Under the pieces are notes generated by a model. It worked only from the letters and a program-made list of their open reading frames with translations. It made no database searches and was not told the DNA's origin. Below, piece by piece: positions 40,247-51,459 of a stretch of 64,000 nt of DNA. Position 1 is the first letter of the stretch. Each line of letters opens with the position of its first letter. The stretch is from Pseudobdellovibrionaceae bacterium. Its GTDB lineage: Bacteria > Bdellovibrionota > Bdellovibrionia > Bdellovibrionales > UBA1609. Location: positions 62,001-126,000 of the forward strand of contig JAUVAX010000002.1 in NCBI GenBank assembly GCA_030591685.1, written 5' to 3'. The position numbers were made by a program, and so were the translations under genes.

Positions 40247-41167
40247 TTGATGAAAAATAATGAAGCTGGAAAATACGATTTTTTATCTAAAGCCAAGCTC
40301 TTTGGTATTGCATCCACTGTAGTTGTCGCTTTAGCTTTATTTTTAATATTTACAAAAGGTTTTAACTACGGGATAGATTTTTCAGGGGGGACTGAGGTTC
40401 AAATCCAGTTCAACTCTGAGGTGAGCCCCGAAAGAGTCCGTGCTGTTACCGAGAAATTAGGGTTTAAAAAGGCTACAGTACAATCTTTTGGAGAGGCCAA
40501 TGAGTTTTTAATTCGCTTAGCCTCTGTTAAGGGTAAAACTGACAAAGAAACAAATGAAATGCTAAACACCATGATCGCAACGGTAACTAATGGGTTTAAA
40601 AACACATTTAAAGACAGTGGGGTGACCATTCGTAGGGTCGATTCAGTGGGGCCTCAAATAGGCTCTGAGCTTAAGCGAAACGGTTTACTAGCTACTTTTT
40701 ATGCACTGTTAATTATATTAATATATGTAGGCCTTCGTTTTGATTATAAGTATGCCCCGGGTGCTGTGATTTGTTTATTTCATGATGCTATTATAACAAT
40801 GGGTATTTTTGCTTTATTTCAAAGAGAGGTGAACGTTCAAACCATGGCGGCTATTTTAACCATCATTGGTTATTCACTTAACGATACTATTGTGACCTTT
40901 GATCGAATCCGTGAAAACGTAAAAGTCTATAGAGACGGGGCCTTTAAAGCCGTGATTAATAGGTCTTTAAATGATGTTCTCTCAAGAACACTTTTAACTT
41001 CAATAACAACTCTTTTAGCTGTTGCTGCGATGTACATTTTTGCCACAGGGGTTATTAAGGACTTTGCATTTACTCTAGGTATTGGGGTGATTGTTGGGAC
41101 TTACTCTTCGATTTATATTGCTTCACCGCTTGTGTTGTTTGTAGATAAGCTGCAGTCAAAGTCGTAG
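40247..41167 (+). CDS. secF: Protein translocase subunit SecF
   Basis: GIDFSGG, GYSLNDTIVTFDRIRE, GTYSSIYIA. Confidence 0.97.
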   Translation: MMKNNEAGKYDFLSKAKLFGIASTVVVALALFLIFTKGFNYGIDFSGGTEVQIQFNSEVSPERVRAVTEKLGFKKATVQSFGEANEFLIRLASVKGKTDKETNEMLNTMIATVTNGFKNTFKDSGVTIRRVDSVGPQIGSELKRNGLLATFYALLIILIYVGLRFDYKYAPGAVICLFHDAIITMGIFALFQREVNVQTMAAILTIIGYSLNDTIVTFDRIRENVKVYRDGAFKAVINRSLNDVLSRTLLTSITTLLAVAAMYIFATGVIKDFAFTLGIGVIVGTYSSIYIASPLVLFVDKLQSKS

Positions 41168-41192
41168 TAAATTATTTTAAGAGGGGTGAGCT

Positions 41193-42914
41193 ATGTATCA
41201 ATGGCAAGCAAAGCATGAGAGTTTGTTGCCACCACCCCCTTTGCCTATGCCCACCCTTTTGTGGGGGGTACTCAGTGCGAGGGGTTTAAAAACAGCCTCT
41301 GAGGTGGAGTCTTTTTACTCCCCTAAGTTAAAAGACCTAACAAATCCATTTAAATTAGATCATATGAAAGAGGCTGTCGACAGGCTTATCAAGGCTTTTA
41401 TTAATCAAGAGTCAGTTTGTATTTACGGAGACTTTGATTTAGACGGCACCTCAGGCATTGCTATTTTAACAAAAGCCTTTAAAGATTTAGGGTATAAAAA
41501 CATTTCGTATTACCAGCCCAAAAGGTTGAGCGAGGGGTACGGGGTGCATGCTAAGGCTTTAGAGACCCTAAAAGCCTCAGGTGTAAATCTTGTTGTAACC
41601 GTTGATGTGGGTATAACGGCTGTTGAGGCTATAGACCGTGCTCATGATATAGGTTTAGATGTTATTGTTACCGACCATCATTTGCCAAAGGCTGTTTTAC
41701 CAAATGCTGTTGCCATCATAAACCCCAACAAGGGCACGTGTAGCTCAGGGCTAGGCCACTTGTGTGGGGCTGGGGTGGGGTTTTACTTATGTTTAGCACT
41801 CAAGTCTCAGTTAGAGCAGCGGGGGCTAATAACCCATGGCTTTGATGCTAAAGAGCTTTTAGATTGTTTTGCTATAGGGACTCTCACCGACCTCGTCCCC
41901 TTAGTTAAAGAAAACCGCGTACTTGTAAAACATGGTTTAAGACAATTACAAAACACTAACAGACCAGGGCTTAAAGCCCTTATGCATGAGTTAGGGTTAG
42001 GGGACCAGCCCTTAACAGCCAGTGATGTTGCCATTCGTTTTGCGCCTAAACTTAATGCCTTAAGCCGCCTTGAAACAAGTATTCTGCCTGTAGATATTTT
42101 TTTAGAAGAAGACGAGTTTAAGGCTCAAAAGCTAGTGAGCGAAGTCATAGAAATAAACAATAAAAGGGTTGAGCTTCAAAACAAGGCCCAGCTTGAGGCA
42201 GAAGCTCACTTAAGTCAGTCAGCACAAAAAAGATTTATTTTTATAGCGTCTGATAAATTTCATCAAGGCGTTGTGGGGCTTGTGGCCACTCGTTTAGCTC
42301 AAGCCTATAATGTGCCGGCCTTTATAGGGGCAATTAAAGAGGGCGGGGTCATTGTGGGCAGCGCTCGTTTACCGGGCGATGGGCAGCCCAGTTTATTAGA
42401 CGCTTTTGAGTGCGCCACCAAGGCCCTTACAAAATTTGGTGGTCATGCACAGGCCGCAGGGTTTGAAATGAGCATTGAGAACATGGCCCTTTTTGAAGCC
42501 AAGCTAAGTGAGCACTACGAAAACACACAATCAAATAACGGGCCTAATACGGGGCCTATTTGTGTGTACGAAAGCCCTGCTTTTTTTAAACAAATTAACC
42601 CTGAGTTTATGAGCTGGCTTGAGGGCCTAGAGCCTTTTGGCAAAGAGTTTGAAACACCAATATTTTGTTTTAATAATTTAATAGTAAAGTCAGTTAAAAA
42701 CTTAAGAGGAGGGCATTTAAAACTATCCCTCCAGTGTTCAAAGTCTAAGGTTTTAAGAGATGGCTTGTGGTTTTCACCCCCGGCACACCATGAGCTTATT
42801 AAGTCGGGGCTAAAGCAAGGCATACAGGTCAGCATGTTAGCGGGCCCTCAGTGGAACCACTTTAACGGTAAAAGCTCAATACAGTTTTTAATCAAAGACC
42901 TTAAGCTCAGCTGA
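41193..42914 (+). CDS. recJ: ssDNA exonuclease RecJ
   Basis: YGDFDLDG, TVDVG, TDHH, GGHAQAAG. Confidence 0.96.
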   Translation: MYQWQAKHESLLPPPPLPMPTLLWGVLSARGLKTASEVESFYSPKLKDLTNPFKLDHMKEAVDRLIKAFINQESVCIYGDFDLDGTSGIAILTKAFKDLGYKNISYYQPKRLSEGYGVHAKALETLKASGVNLVVTVDVGITAVEAIDRAHDIGLDVIVTDHHLPKAVLPNAVAIINPNKGTCSSGLGHLCGAGVGFYLCLALKSQLEQRGLITHGFDAKELLDCFAIGTLTDLVPLVKENRVLVKHGLRQLQNTNRPGLKALMHELGLGDQPLTASDVAIRFAPKLNALSRLETSILPVDIFLEEDEFKAQKLVSEVIEINNKRVELQNKAQLEAEAHLSQSAQKRFIFIASDKFHQGVVGLVATRLAQAYNVPAFIGAIKEGGVIVGSARLPGDGQPSLLDAFECATKALTKFGGHAQAAGFEMSIENMALFEAKLSEHYENTQSNNGPNTGPICVYESPAFFKQINPEFMSWLEGLEPFGKEFETPIFCFNNLIVKSVKNLRGGHLKLSLQCSKSKVLRDGLWFSPPAHHELIKSGLKQGIQVSMLAGPQWNHFNGKSSIQFLIKDLKLS

Positions 42915-42954
42915 GGTTTATAAATATTTAGAGACTCTCAATAAAGCAGTTCAG

Positions 42955-43604
<650 letters not shown>

Positions 43605-43751
43605 ACCATTTGATATCTCATGTAATCTTGAGGGATTAATGGGGGCGAGTGTAATTTGTAATCTTTATAGAGTGTAAAAAATATTTCTATGCTCATTTAG
43701 TTTTAAAAGTTATCTTAATTATTAAATCTTTACACTCTAAAGAGGCTTTTT

Positions 43752-44402
43752 ATGAAGTGTGTAGTATTATTGTCATCAGGTTTAGATTCGACAGTAAATT
43801 TATATAAAGTTTTTCAAGACCACAAAGTAGAGTTAGTGATTACTTTTGATTATGGTCAAAAATCAGCAGCTCAAGAGATAAAGCACTCTAAAAAAACCAC
43901 TCAACATCTAGGTGTTAAGCATAAAATTATTGATTTAACTTGGTTTAAAGATTTTACTTCAACAAGTTTAATTAACCCCTCTCATAATGTCCCGGTTGAT
44001 GAAGCAGTAAGTATTAACGATTTAGAGGCCTCAAAAGAGTCATCAAAATCTGTCTGGGTGCCCAATAGAAACGGGATTTTTTTAAACATAGCTGCGGGCT
44101 TTGCTGAGGGGCTCGGAGCCGAGGCTGTAGTCCCTGGGTTTAACCTCGAAGAGGCCGCGACTTTTGATGACAACTCAAAAGCCTATATAGACAGCCTCGA
44201 GGCTTCTTTTCGTTACTCCACCAGAAATAATACAAAAGTAGTATGCTTCACTGATCAACTCTATAAAAACGAAATAGTAAAACTAGGTAAGAGCTTAAAT
44301 GTAAAGTTTAATTACATATGGTCATGTTACCTCGGTGGTGAGAGTCCTTGTGGGCAGTGCGAGTCTTGCAAAAGATATAAAAGAGCTATTGACTCAAAAT
44401 AG
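43752..44402 (+). CDS. queC: 7-cyano-7-deazaguanine synthase
   Basis: SSGLDS, FDYGQ, WVPNRNGIFL, WSCY...CGQCESC. Confidence 0.95.
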   Translation: MKCVVLLSSGLDSTVNLYKVFQDHKVELVITFDYGQKSAAQEIKHSKKTTQHLGVKHKIIDLTWFKDFTSTSLINPSHNVPVDEAVSINDLEASKESSKSVWVPNRNGIFLNIAAGFAEGLGAEAVVPGFNLEEAATFDDNSKAYIDSLEASFRYSTRNNTKVVCFTDQLYKNEIVKLGKSLNVKFNYIWSCYLGGESPCGQCESCKRYKRAIDSK

Positions 44403-44649
44403 AACTCTCATATTTTTTTTAAAACCCATTTTTTTACTTCAAGGTGATTTTAAGAGCTCATGAGTATAAGGTTCGTTAGGCTTCATGTGGTGTAACAGGC
44501 CCTGTATTAAATTGATATTATGCCGATCCATTTTAAGCCTTAAATAACTAGAAAATATCAAAAAAACCAGTTCACAAAATACGTGTAACTACCGATGAGT
44601 ACTTAAGAATTTAGCTTACAAAAATGTTTAGAGTTAAGTTTTTAAAGGT

Positions 44650-45426
44650 ATGGGACGTATGCTAGGTAAAAATTCAGGTATGTCACTTGTTGAGGTGATG
44701 GTGTCTGTGAGCATTTTAGGTATTGTCAGTATGGGGTTTAGTTCCTATTTCTCTGTATTAAAGTCTCAACATAAAAAGTTAGAGAGTCAGGTTATCAGCA
44801 CCCTTGCTATTGCAAAAGTTAAAGAGCTTATCAAAAATGAGGCCAAGTGGGCTGAGACATTAAATAGCTCTACAAACTATAATCAATTAAAATGCTTAAA
44901 AATTAAAACTGACTACTTATCTGTTTGTACCGAAGGGGTTTTAAAAACGGGTAGTGATTTTGATGGTTTGAATTTTTATGAAAAAAACGCCTCAGGTAAC
45001 ACGGTGTTAGTGTATAGCTCTAAAGCTACTACTTCGCTTTGGGGTATCAACTGGGAGGGTGATTTTTGCCAAGGCTATGATGCCGTAAATGGTAACGACG
45101 ATTGCCCCTTTCGAATCACGACTGAGTTGAGCTTACAGTGCTCTAATGTAGTGCCGGACTGTAAAATTAGAAATTTACATATTGTTGGTCGGCTTCTTTA
45201 TCGCCCATCCTCGGGACGAATGCAAATGAACTTTGACGCCTTAACTTTTTTTGAAAACAGACTTCAGCACTCCGTAGTAGACGCCACTAACTGTACTGAT
45301 TTTGGTGGAGTCTTCAACGTCACTCAAAACACATGTGTTTTACCGACGATATCTTCTGCCTGCGCAGGAGCTAACCAAGTATTAACAGGGTTTACCGGGG
45401 GGGTCGCACAATGTACAAATATATAA
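44650..45426 (+). CDS. Prepilin-type N-terminal cleavage/methylation protein, Cys-rich
   Basis: SG|MSLVEVMV class III signal; GNDDCPF motif. Confidence 0.8.
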   Translation: MGRMLGKNSGMSLVEVMVSVSILGIVSMGFSSYFSVLKSQHKKLESQVISTLAIAKVKELIKNEAKWAETLNSSTNYNQLKCLKIKTDYLSVCTEGVLKTGSDFDGLNFYEKNASGNTVLVYSSKATTSLWGINWEGDFCQGYDAVNGNDDCPFRITTELSLQCSNVVPDCKIRNLHIVGRLLYRPSSGRMQMNFDALTFFENRLQHSVVDATNCTDFGGVFNVTQNTCVLPTISSACAGANQVLTGFTGGVAQCTNI

Positions 45427-46328
45427 TTAAACCTTTTAGGGACAAGCATGTAATTAGTAACTCCTCTGGTAACTTAGCTCTTACAATGGTTGTAGCACTA
45501 AGTTTTTTTGCTTTGACATCTTATTCAGTAAACCTACTTCAAAATCAGCTGCAACAATCAAAAAGAATTGTGTATAAAAGTAAGCTAAAAGCAATTTCAG
45601 ATAACATTAAATCACAAATTCTCAATGAGGCCGCTTGGAACAACACCCTGCAAGCTCCAGCGAATCAATTAAGTCTCCAGTGCATTGGTGACACAGCCCC
45701 CTCGTCAGGAGTTAAGGACTCCTGTGCTGAAACCATTTACTATGATGGTGGTGGAACTTTTGTTGTACAGCCCGGTAAATCTGAAAATAGCCTTAACGCA
45801 GGCAATCCATATGGGCTATTAAAACAGGTGAACAGTACTATCTCAGGGGGGATCGAAATATACTCTGCTGAAAGAGATTCTGGCGGCGCGGCTCAGTTAT
45901 ACTATAATGGGCTTGATGGGAGTAGTGGTGGGTTCACCTTAAATGGTCAACCCTGCACTGGGTTTAATGCAACCGCAGGCTCAGGTAGTGATAGTTGCCC
46001 CATACGTATAAATATTGAATTAAGAAAGCGCTGCGCGATGGTCAATGGTGACCCTTGTGGGATTAATAGTATAGATGTGGTTGGGAGCTTTGTTTTTAAC
46101 GCTAAAACACTAAGCTTTGGCTCTGTAAACTATGATAACGTTAACTTTGAAGTCAATCGCACTAAACTTATTAAATTAAATGACTTTAGTTGTTTAAATA
46201 TGGGTGGTGATTATACAAATAATAATAGCAGCGAAGTATGTGCATTAAAAGTAGCTGAGATGCAATGTGCAGATGGTAATTATATTAAAGGATTCTCAAA
46301 CGGCAGCCCAATATGCGAAAAGTTATAA
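45411..46328 (+). CDS. PilX/GspK-like minor pilin (no Glu5), Cys-rich
   Basis: SG|NLALTMVV hydrophobic N-terminus; GFTLNGQPCTGF...DSCPI motif. Confidence 0.7.
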   Translation: MYKYIIKPFRDKHVISNSSGNLALTMVVALSFFALTSYSVNLLQNQLQQSKRIVYKSKLKAISDNIKSQILNEAAWNNTLQAPANQLSLQCIGDTAPSSGVKDSCAETIYYDGGGTFVVQPGKSENSLNAGNPYGLLKQVNSTISGGIEIYSAERDSGGAAQLYYNGLDGSSGGFTLNGQPCTGFNATAGSGSDSCPIRINIELRKRCAMVNGDPCGINSIDVVGSFVFNAKTLSFGSVNYDNVNFEVNRTKLIKLNDFSCLNMGGDYTNNNSSEVCALKVAEMQCADGNYIKGFSNGSPICEKL

Positions 46329-46350
46329 ACCCTTATAAAGGCAATATAAA

Positions 46351-48594
46351 TTGATAAAGGTATTGAAAAGACTATTTCAAGTTAAATTAAAATATTTTGG
46401 GTTATTAAACTCAAAAGGTTTTTCATTAATTGAAGTCACTGTTACTATGGGGATCATGTCGATTGTTGCCGTTACCGGTACCTATATGTTGATACAATCT
46501 AGTCGGCAGTCTAAAAATTTAGAGGTTAAACTTAATGCCTTTCAGTTTCACTCAATCTTACACCAAGTCATGTTAAACAGTGCGGCTTGGACAAATACAG
46601 TCGAAGATACAGCTAACGCTAAACTTAATAACTGTTTAAGGTTGGTGGATAAAGATTTCACAGCCTGTACAGATACATTAAAAGACGACCCAGCCGCAAA
46701 CCTTGATGACCCCGAAAGAGGGTACCACTTGGTTCTTCGGGGCAGCAATAACACTGTATTTTTAGACTCTACAGATAACAATTTAGGCATGACAGCTCAA
46801 GGTACTGTTTGTAATAATTTTTCAAACACTAATGAGGACTGCCCCTTTAAACCTGAGGTTTTTTGGCGTTTTGAGTGCATCCAAAAAGATTTAAATGTAA
46901 ATGCTAGTTGTGCTGACCCAATGGTCGTATTAACAGCAAGGATACGTAATGAATCAAAAAAATATAGAGGGTTAAATTTTTCAGCCTATAATGTTGCTGT
47001 GGTTAAAGACTACTCAAAGCCTAATGACCCGTCTGTAGTTGTTTGTGATAGTGTTAATGGTAAATTTGATTCTGTATTGGGGCAGTGTGTACAAAATTTA
47101 AATGCCACCTGCCCTAGTGGTTACTTTGTACACGGAGTAAAATCAGATGGCACTTTAGACTGTGTGGCCGCCGGTCAGCCAAAGTGCTCATTTTCTTTAT
47201 CAACATCAAGTTTAAATGAGCCCGCCGCAGATGAGGATTTTCTGTTGCAGGTAGATTTATCAAATGCTTCAACGAAAACTGTTTCAGTGAACTACTCTGT
47301 AAACACCGAAAATACGACAGCTACTTCAGGCGGAGAAACCCCCGATTTTGTTTTAGCCTCAGGGACTTTGACTTTTGACCCTGGTGATGTGCAAAAATCA
47401 ATTACTATTTCAGTTCTTGAAGATACAACCTCTGAAGAGGATGAAACTATTGATGTTATTTTAGACTCGCCTGTAAACTGTGACACCATCGCGCCGGATA
47501 GTCATACAGTAACTATTGTTGATGACGATAACAACGAAAAGCCCACAGTTTTTTTTAGTACACTAAGAAACATTAACGTGAGTGATGTGGTGGATTCAAC
47601 CGTTCAAATGAGCATTATGTTATCAAAGCCATTATCGGTATCTTCAAGTATTACATATTCGAAAACATCTGGTTCAGCAGGTGAAGGTACTGATTTTACA
47701 TTAAGCGGTGGCGGGTCAGTGACCTTTTCACCTGGGGAGACAGTTAAGACCATTGATTTTAATGTTCAAAAGGATACTTTATTAGAGGGTATTGAAGAAG
47801 CCACAATTACACTCTCAGACCCTGTTGAGGCTGATTTAGGATCATCGGAGCAGATTAATTTTACTGTAACAATCTCAGAGACACCGACCATTAGCTTTGT
47901 AAATGCCACTAAGAGTGTTTCTGAGGCTGATGGTGCAATCACTGAAACAGTACATCTTTCAAACTCATCAACGTCAGTGATTAGTGTTAGCTATGAGCTT
48001 GATAATATGAGCTCCTCTGCGGCAGAGGGCAATGATTTTGATTTTATAAATGGTACTTTAAATTTTCCAGCAGGGGCCACAAGCCAATCTATCACTTATA
48101 CGGTAAAAAAAGACTCTATAGCTGAGGGGGCCGAGACCATTAAAATTGATTTGATCAATATTGTAGGGGCTCAATTGGGGTACCCAGGCTCACATGTAGC
48201 TACACTCAGTGACTCTTCAACGTCACCGCTAGACGGTGTTACAGGGGGGTGTTACGTCAACAGCCCAACGCCTGATAGCACAACCCCATCGAGTTGTATT
48301 TCAGAGGTTTGTTCTGAATCTAAGTTCACTCAATTTACAATGTTTAGTGTAGGAAGTCTTTTAGGGTCTGGTGGTTATGAGTTTACAAACATAGATGAGT
48401 GGACCATTGTATGGGCCGGGGATGGGGCCTGTGATAAAAGTGTAAAGGACCCCATGTACTGCAAAGTAAAAAATATGGGCGATTATGCAATGTCTGCAAC
48501 AGTGACGCACAAATTAAGTGGAGAGAGCAAAGCCTTCTCTATAACCAGTCAGGATAAAACTGTAATCATGAATGGAAACAATAAGTGCCCTTAA
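46351..48594 (+). CDS. Prepilin-type protein fused to three Calx-beta-like domains and a Cys-rich C-terminus (putative adhesin)
   Basis: KG|FSLIEV; repeats of DF...G.L/VTF..GE/D..KS/TI.....D...E..ETI. Confidence 0.8.
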   Translation: MIKVLKRLFQVKLKYFGLLNSKGFSLIEVTVTMGIMSIVAVTGTYMLIQSSRQSKNLEVKLNAFQFHSILHQVMLNSAAWTNTVEDTANAKLNNCLRLVDKDFTACTDTLKDDPAANLDDPERGYHLVLRGSNNTVFLDSTDNNLGMTAQGTVCNNFSNTNEDCPFKPEVFWRFECIQKDLNVNASCADPMVVLTARIRNESKKYRGLNFSAYNVAVVKDYSKPNDPSVVVCDSVNGKFDSVLGQCVQNLNATCPSGYFVHGVKSDGTLDCVAAGQPKCSFSLSTSSLNEPAADEDFLLQVDLSNASTKTVSVNYSVNTENTTATSGGETPDFVLASGTLTFDPGDVQKSITISVLEDTTSEEDETIDVILDSPVNCDTIAPDSHTVTIVDDDNNEKPTVFFSTLRNINVSDVVDSTVQMSIMLSKPLSVSSSITYSKTSGSAGEGTDFTLSGGGSVTFSPGETVKTIDFNVQKDTLLEGIEEATITLSDPVEADLGSSEQINFTVTISETPTISFVNATKSVSEADGAITETVHLSNSSTSVISVSYELDNMSSSAAEGNDFDFINGTLNFPAGATSQSITYTVKKDSIAEGAETIKIDLINIVGAQLGYPGSHVATLSDSSTSPLDGVTGGCYVNSPTPDSTTPSSCISEVCSESKFTQFTMFSVGSLLGSGGYEFTNIDEWTIVWAGDGACDKSVKDPMYCKVKNMGDYAMSATVTHKLSGESKAFSITSQDKTVIMNGNNKCP

Positions 48595-48731
48595 TTTAAA
48601 ATTAGGGTCATTTTTATTTTAGATTCAAGGACTACTTGCAGCCTTTGGTCTGGAAATTTACAGTTTTAAACCCCAAAAATTGAATTACTTTAAATGAAAG
48701 TCGAGTTCTTTGTGTATATAAGATCGGTCAT

Positions 48732-48758
48732 TAAATAAACGCTCAAAAATTCCGAAAA
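48732..48758 (+). promoter_or_regulatory. Putative sigma28 (FliA) promoter
   Basis: TAAA-N15-TCCGAAAA upstream of the DUF366 gene. Confidence 0.45.
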
Positions 48759-48788
48759 GTTAATTAATCACAGTCAGTTAACTTAAAA

Positions 48789-49370
48789 ATGAAAGTAGTT
48801 ATGCAGCTTAGATGGTTAGAGCAACAGTTTAAATACGATGGCACTCAATTGCGATCACTATTTGGTTATTTAGGTTATGGGCTTCTAGGTGATTCGGTCG
48901 TAGCTTGGGCGGGCCCTTGTGATATACCTCCTGAGCACATGGTCGACGGAGAGGACCTCAATAACGACGCTAAAATTTGCGGTGATTTAATGGTGCATAT
49001 GATTATTGAACGCTTTGATTGTGATTTGTTATTTGGCGTGAGTATGCAAAGAATATTAGCCAGTCTTGCTATTGATGTGCTTCAAGAGTTATCCCCTCAG
49101 AGTGAATTATCAAGCAAACTTTATAGAGAGGGTGATGATATTTTTTGTGACTATAAAAAAATAAGCATCAGTGTGGCCACTAAAAGCCCTGTATCTACCT
49201 TGGTTCATTTTGCAGTGAATTGTGTCAACACAGGCACGCCGGTAGATACAATGTGTTTACAAGATTTTCAGGTAGATATACAAATGTTTGCAAAGCACTT
49301 AATGCAAAACTTTATTCACGAAATGCAATCCATTAAAGATGCCACTCATAAAGTTAAATGGGTAAAATAA
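48789..49370 (+). CDS. DUF366 family protein (biotin/lipoate ligase-like fold)
   Basis: YDGTQL, MVDGED, REGDD, KISISVAT motifs. Confidence 0.8.
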   Translation: MKVVMQLRWLEQQFKYDGTQLRSLFGYLGYGLLGDSVVAWAGPCDIPPEHMVDGEDLNNDAKICGDLMVHMIIERFDCDLLFGVSMQRILASLAIDVLQELSPQSELSSKLYREGDDIFCDYKKISISVATKSPVSTLVHFAVNCVNTGTPVDTMCLQDFQVDIQMFAKHLMQNFIHEMQSIKDATHKVKWVK

Positions 49371-49428
49371 ATAGCTTTAAAGTAAAAAGTTCTTAATCTT
49401 GAATTTAGCTCTTAAAGGGCGACAACCA

Positions 49429-49989
49429 CTAATTAATAGCGATGACGTCTTTGATCTCAGGCAGTGCCGCTTGCATTCTGGCTTGTACCCCTTGTTTTAA
49501 GGTCATTGTAGCACTTGGACAACCATTACAAGCCCCGTGCATTTCAACGTATAAAATATTTCGCTCGTACTTGTGAAACATAATATCACCGCCATCAAGG
49601 GCCACCGCCGGGCGAATTTCATTATTTAAGATAGTTTTAATTTTTTTAACTATGGCTGAGTCATCCTCATTAAAGTCCTCGTTGCTATTAAGTGTTGGTT
49701 CTAACAAAATAGGCTCATTGCTTTCGATGTGCTCTTTGATGAGGTGGCTTAACGGGTCAGCTAAAATGCCCCAGTCTACCCAGTCTTGCTTGGTGACTGT
49801 AACAAAGTTTGGGCCGATCATAACGGCCGAGGCCCAGGGAAAGCCAAAAATTTTACTGGCCAGAGGGGACCTTGTAGCCTCAAGAGGTTCACTAAAGCTA
49901 ACAACCTCATCACAGATGGTTTTAGTAATGGTAAATTTCATGGACTCAGGGTTAGGTGTCGCTTGGTATAAAACTTCAACATCACTCAT
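49429..49989 (-). CDS. NifU/Nfu family Fe-S carrier (Nfu_N + NifU C domain)
   Basis: TPNPESMKF; IRPAVALDGGD...GACNGCP. Confidence 0.92.
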   Translation of the reverse strand: MSDVEVLYQATPNPESMKFTITKTICDEVVSFSEPLEATRSPLASKIFGFPWASAVMIGPNFVTVTKQDWVDWGILADPLSHLIKEHIESNEPILLEPTLNSNEDFNEDDSAIVKKIKTILNNEIRPAVALDGGDIMFHKYERNILYVEMHGACNGCPSATMTLKQGVQARMQAALPEIKDVIAIN

Positions 49990-50087
49990 TTAAAGGCTCT
50001 CCTTAGTTAGGCCTATTTATAAACTAAATCTCTAAATTTGGCTGGTGTTTTTTGTGAAACTTAGCCATAAATGTATATTCTTCAGCC

Positions 50088-51329
50088 TTAAGTTGTGGCA
50101 GCGGGTCTAGAGACAGATTTTAAGTGGTGGTGGCGTAAAGCTAAGAGGGTCGAAAACAAGAAAAAAGCACCACCAAGTATATAAATACACGTATCGTAGC
50201 CATATTTGTCAGCAAAAACTCCGACGGGGTAACAGGCCAGTGGCCCTACGCTAATAAAACAAAGGCTCACTATGGAGGACAATCGACCTCGATAGATATC
50301 ATTCACGTAGGTGTGTAGAGAAACAGTTATTGCTGAAAAACAAATGTAGGCAAAAACGCCTCCAAAAAATAAGGCTATGGCAGTGAGCTTTAAACTCGTC
50401 AATGAGGGCACAGTAAATATAGTGAGAGTCACTAAGGGGACTGAGGCCCATAAATACTTCATAGGGTTTTTAGGGCTAATAAGGACAAAAATTAAAGCGC
50501 CCACAAAGGCCCCCGAGGCTGAAAACGAAAACAAAAGACCAAACTGATCAGGGGTGAGTTGAAATTTAATTTTTAAGTATGTTCTGTAAAGTACAATGCT
50601 TAAGGGTAAAAATAAAATAACGCTTAAAAAAAGCTGAATTAATCGAAACCGTAAGCTTAAGGTACTAAAGAGGTACTTCATGCCCTCTAAAAGGGCTGCA
50701 AAACTAGTTTGTTGCAATGAGCTTTGCGGGCGCTGAAACAACTGAACTTTACTAAGAATTAATAGTAAAACTACATACGTTATGGCATCAAATAAAAAAA
50801 CAAGGCTTGTCCCGTACCAGTACATGAGCAGGGCGGCTACACCAGGGCCAATGGCTCGTCCCATATGAAAGTTCATAGTGTTTAATAACAAGGTAGGGGT
50901 AAACTCGCTTTTAGGGACAAGTCTGAGGGTTAAAACCTGAAAGGCCGGGCCACTAAAGCTAGCGACAGAGCCCTCAATAATACCAAAAATAATAAGATGC
51001 CAAAGTTGAACTTGGTAAAACTCAACTATAAAAGCAAGACAAAGTGCACTTAAAGCAAGCACTGAATTTGTTAATAGCAGCACCTTTTTTACATTTACAC
51101 GGTCTACTAAAACCCCAGAAGGCAGCGAGAGGATAATGTTTGGGATAGCGGCCATTAAAACCACCAAACCCAGAGCCCAGGCTTTATTGTCGACCAGCTC
51201 TAATATAAGCCAAGATCGAGCCAGGTCGTGGGACCATTTGCCGGTTTGTGACAGGGCTTGAACAATATAGAAGTTTCTAAAGTGAAGGTGCTTAAATGGT
51301 GATAAGCGTCGGGCAAAAAAGTCTCTCAT
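50088..51329 (-). CDS. MFS transporter (MFS_3/DHA3-like)
   Basis: About 12 TM; GVLVDRVNVKK motif A. Confidence 0.9.
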   Translation of the reverse strand: MRDFFARRLSPFKHLHFRNFYIVQALSQTGKWSHDLARSWLILELVDNKAWALGLVVLMAAIPNIILSLPSGVLVDRVNVKKVLLLTNSVLALSALCLAFIVEFYQVQLWHLIIFGIIEGSVASFSGPAFQVLTLRLVPKSEFTPTLLLNTMNFHMGRAIGPGVAALLMYWYGTSLVFLFDAITYVVLLLILSKVQLFQRPQSSLQQTSFAALLEGMKYLFSTLSLRFRLIQLFLSVILFLPLSIVLYRTYLKIKFQLTPDQFGLLFSFSASGAFVGALIFVLISPKNPMKYLWASVPLVTLTIFTVPSLTSLKLTAIALFFGGVFAYICFSAITVSLHTYVNDIYRGRLSSIVSLCFISVGPLACYPVGVFADKYGYDTCIYILGGAFFLFSTLLALRHHHLKSVSRPAATT

Positions 51330-51459
51330 TAGGCGAACCTTACACTAGGGCCAAGGGATGTTGCAAGGTGTGAAGCTTGAATCTACTTGGGTGTCATAAA
51401 AAGAAGTGGTAGAAATAATCGTTAAATATTTAATGAAAAGTGATAATCGAGGTATTCTA

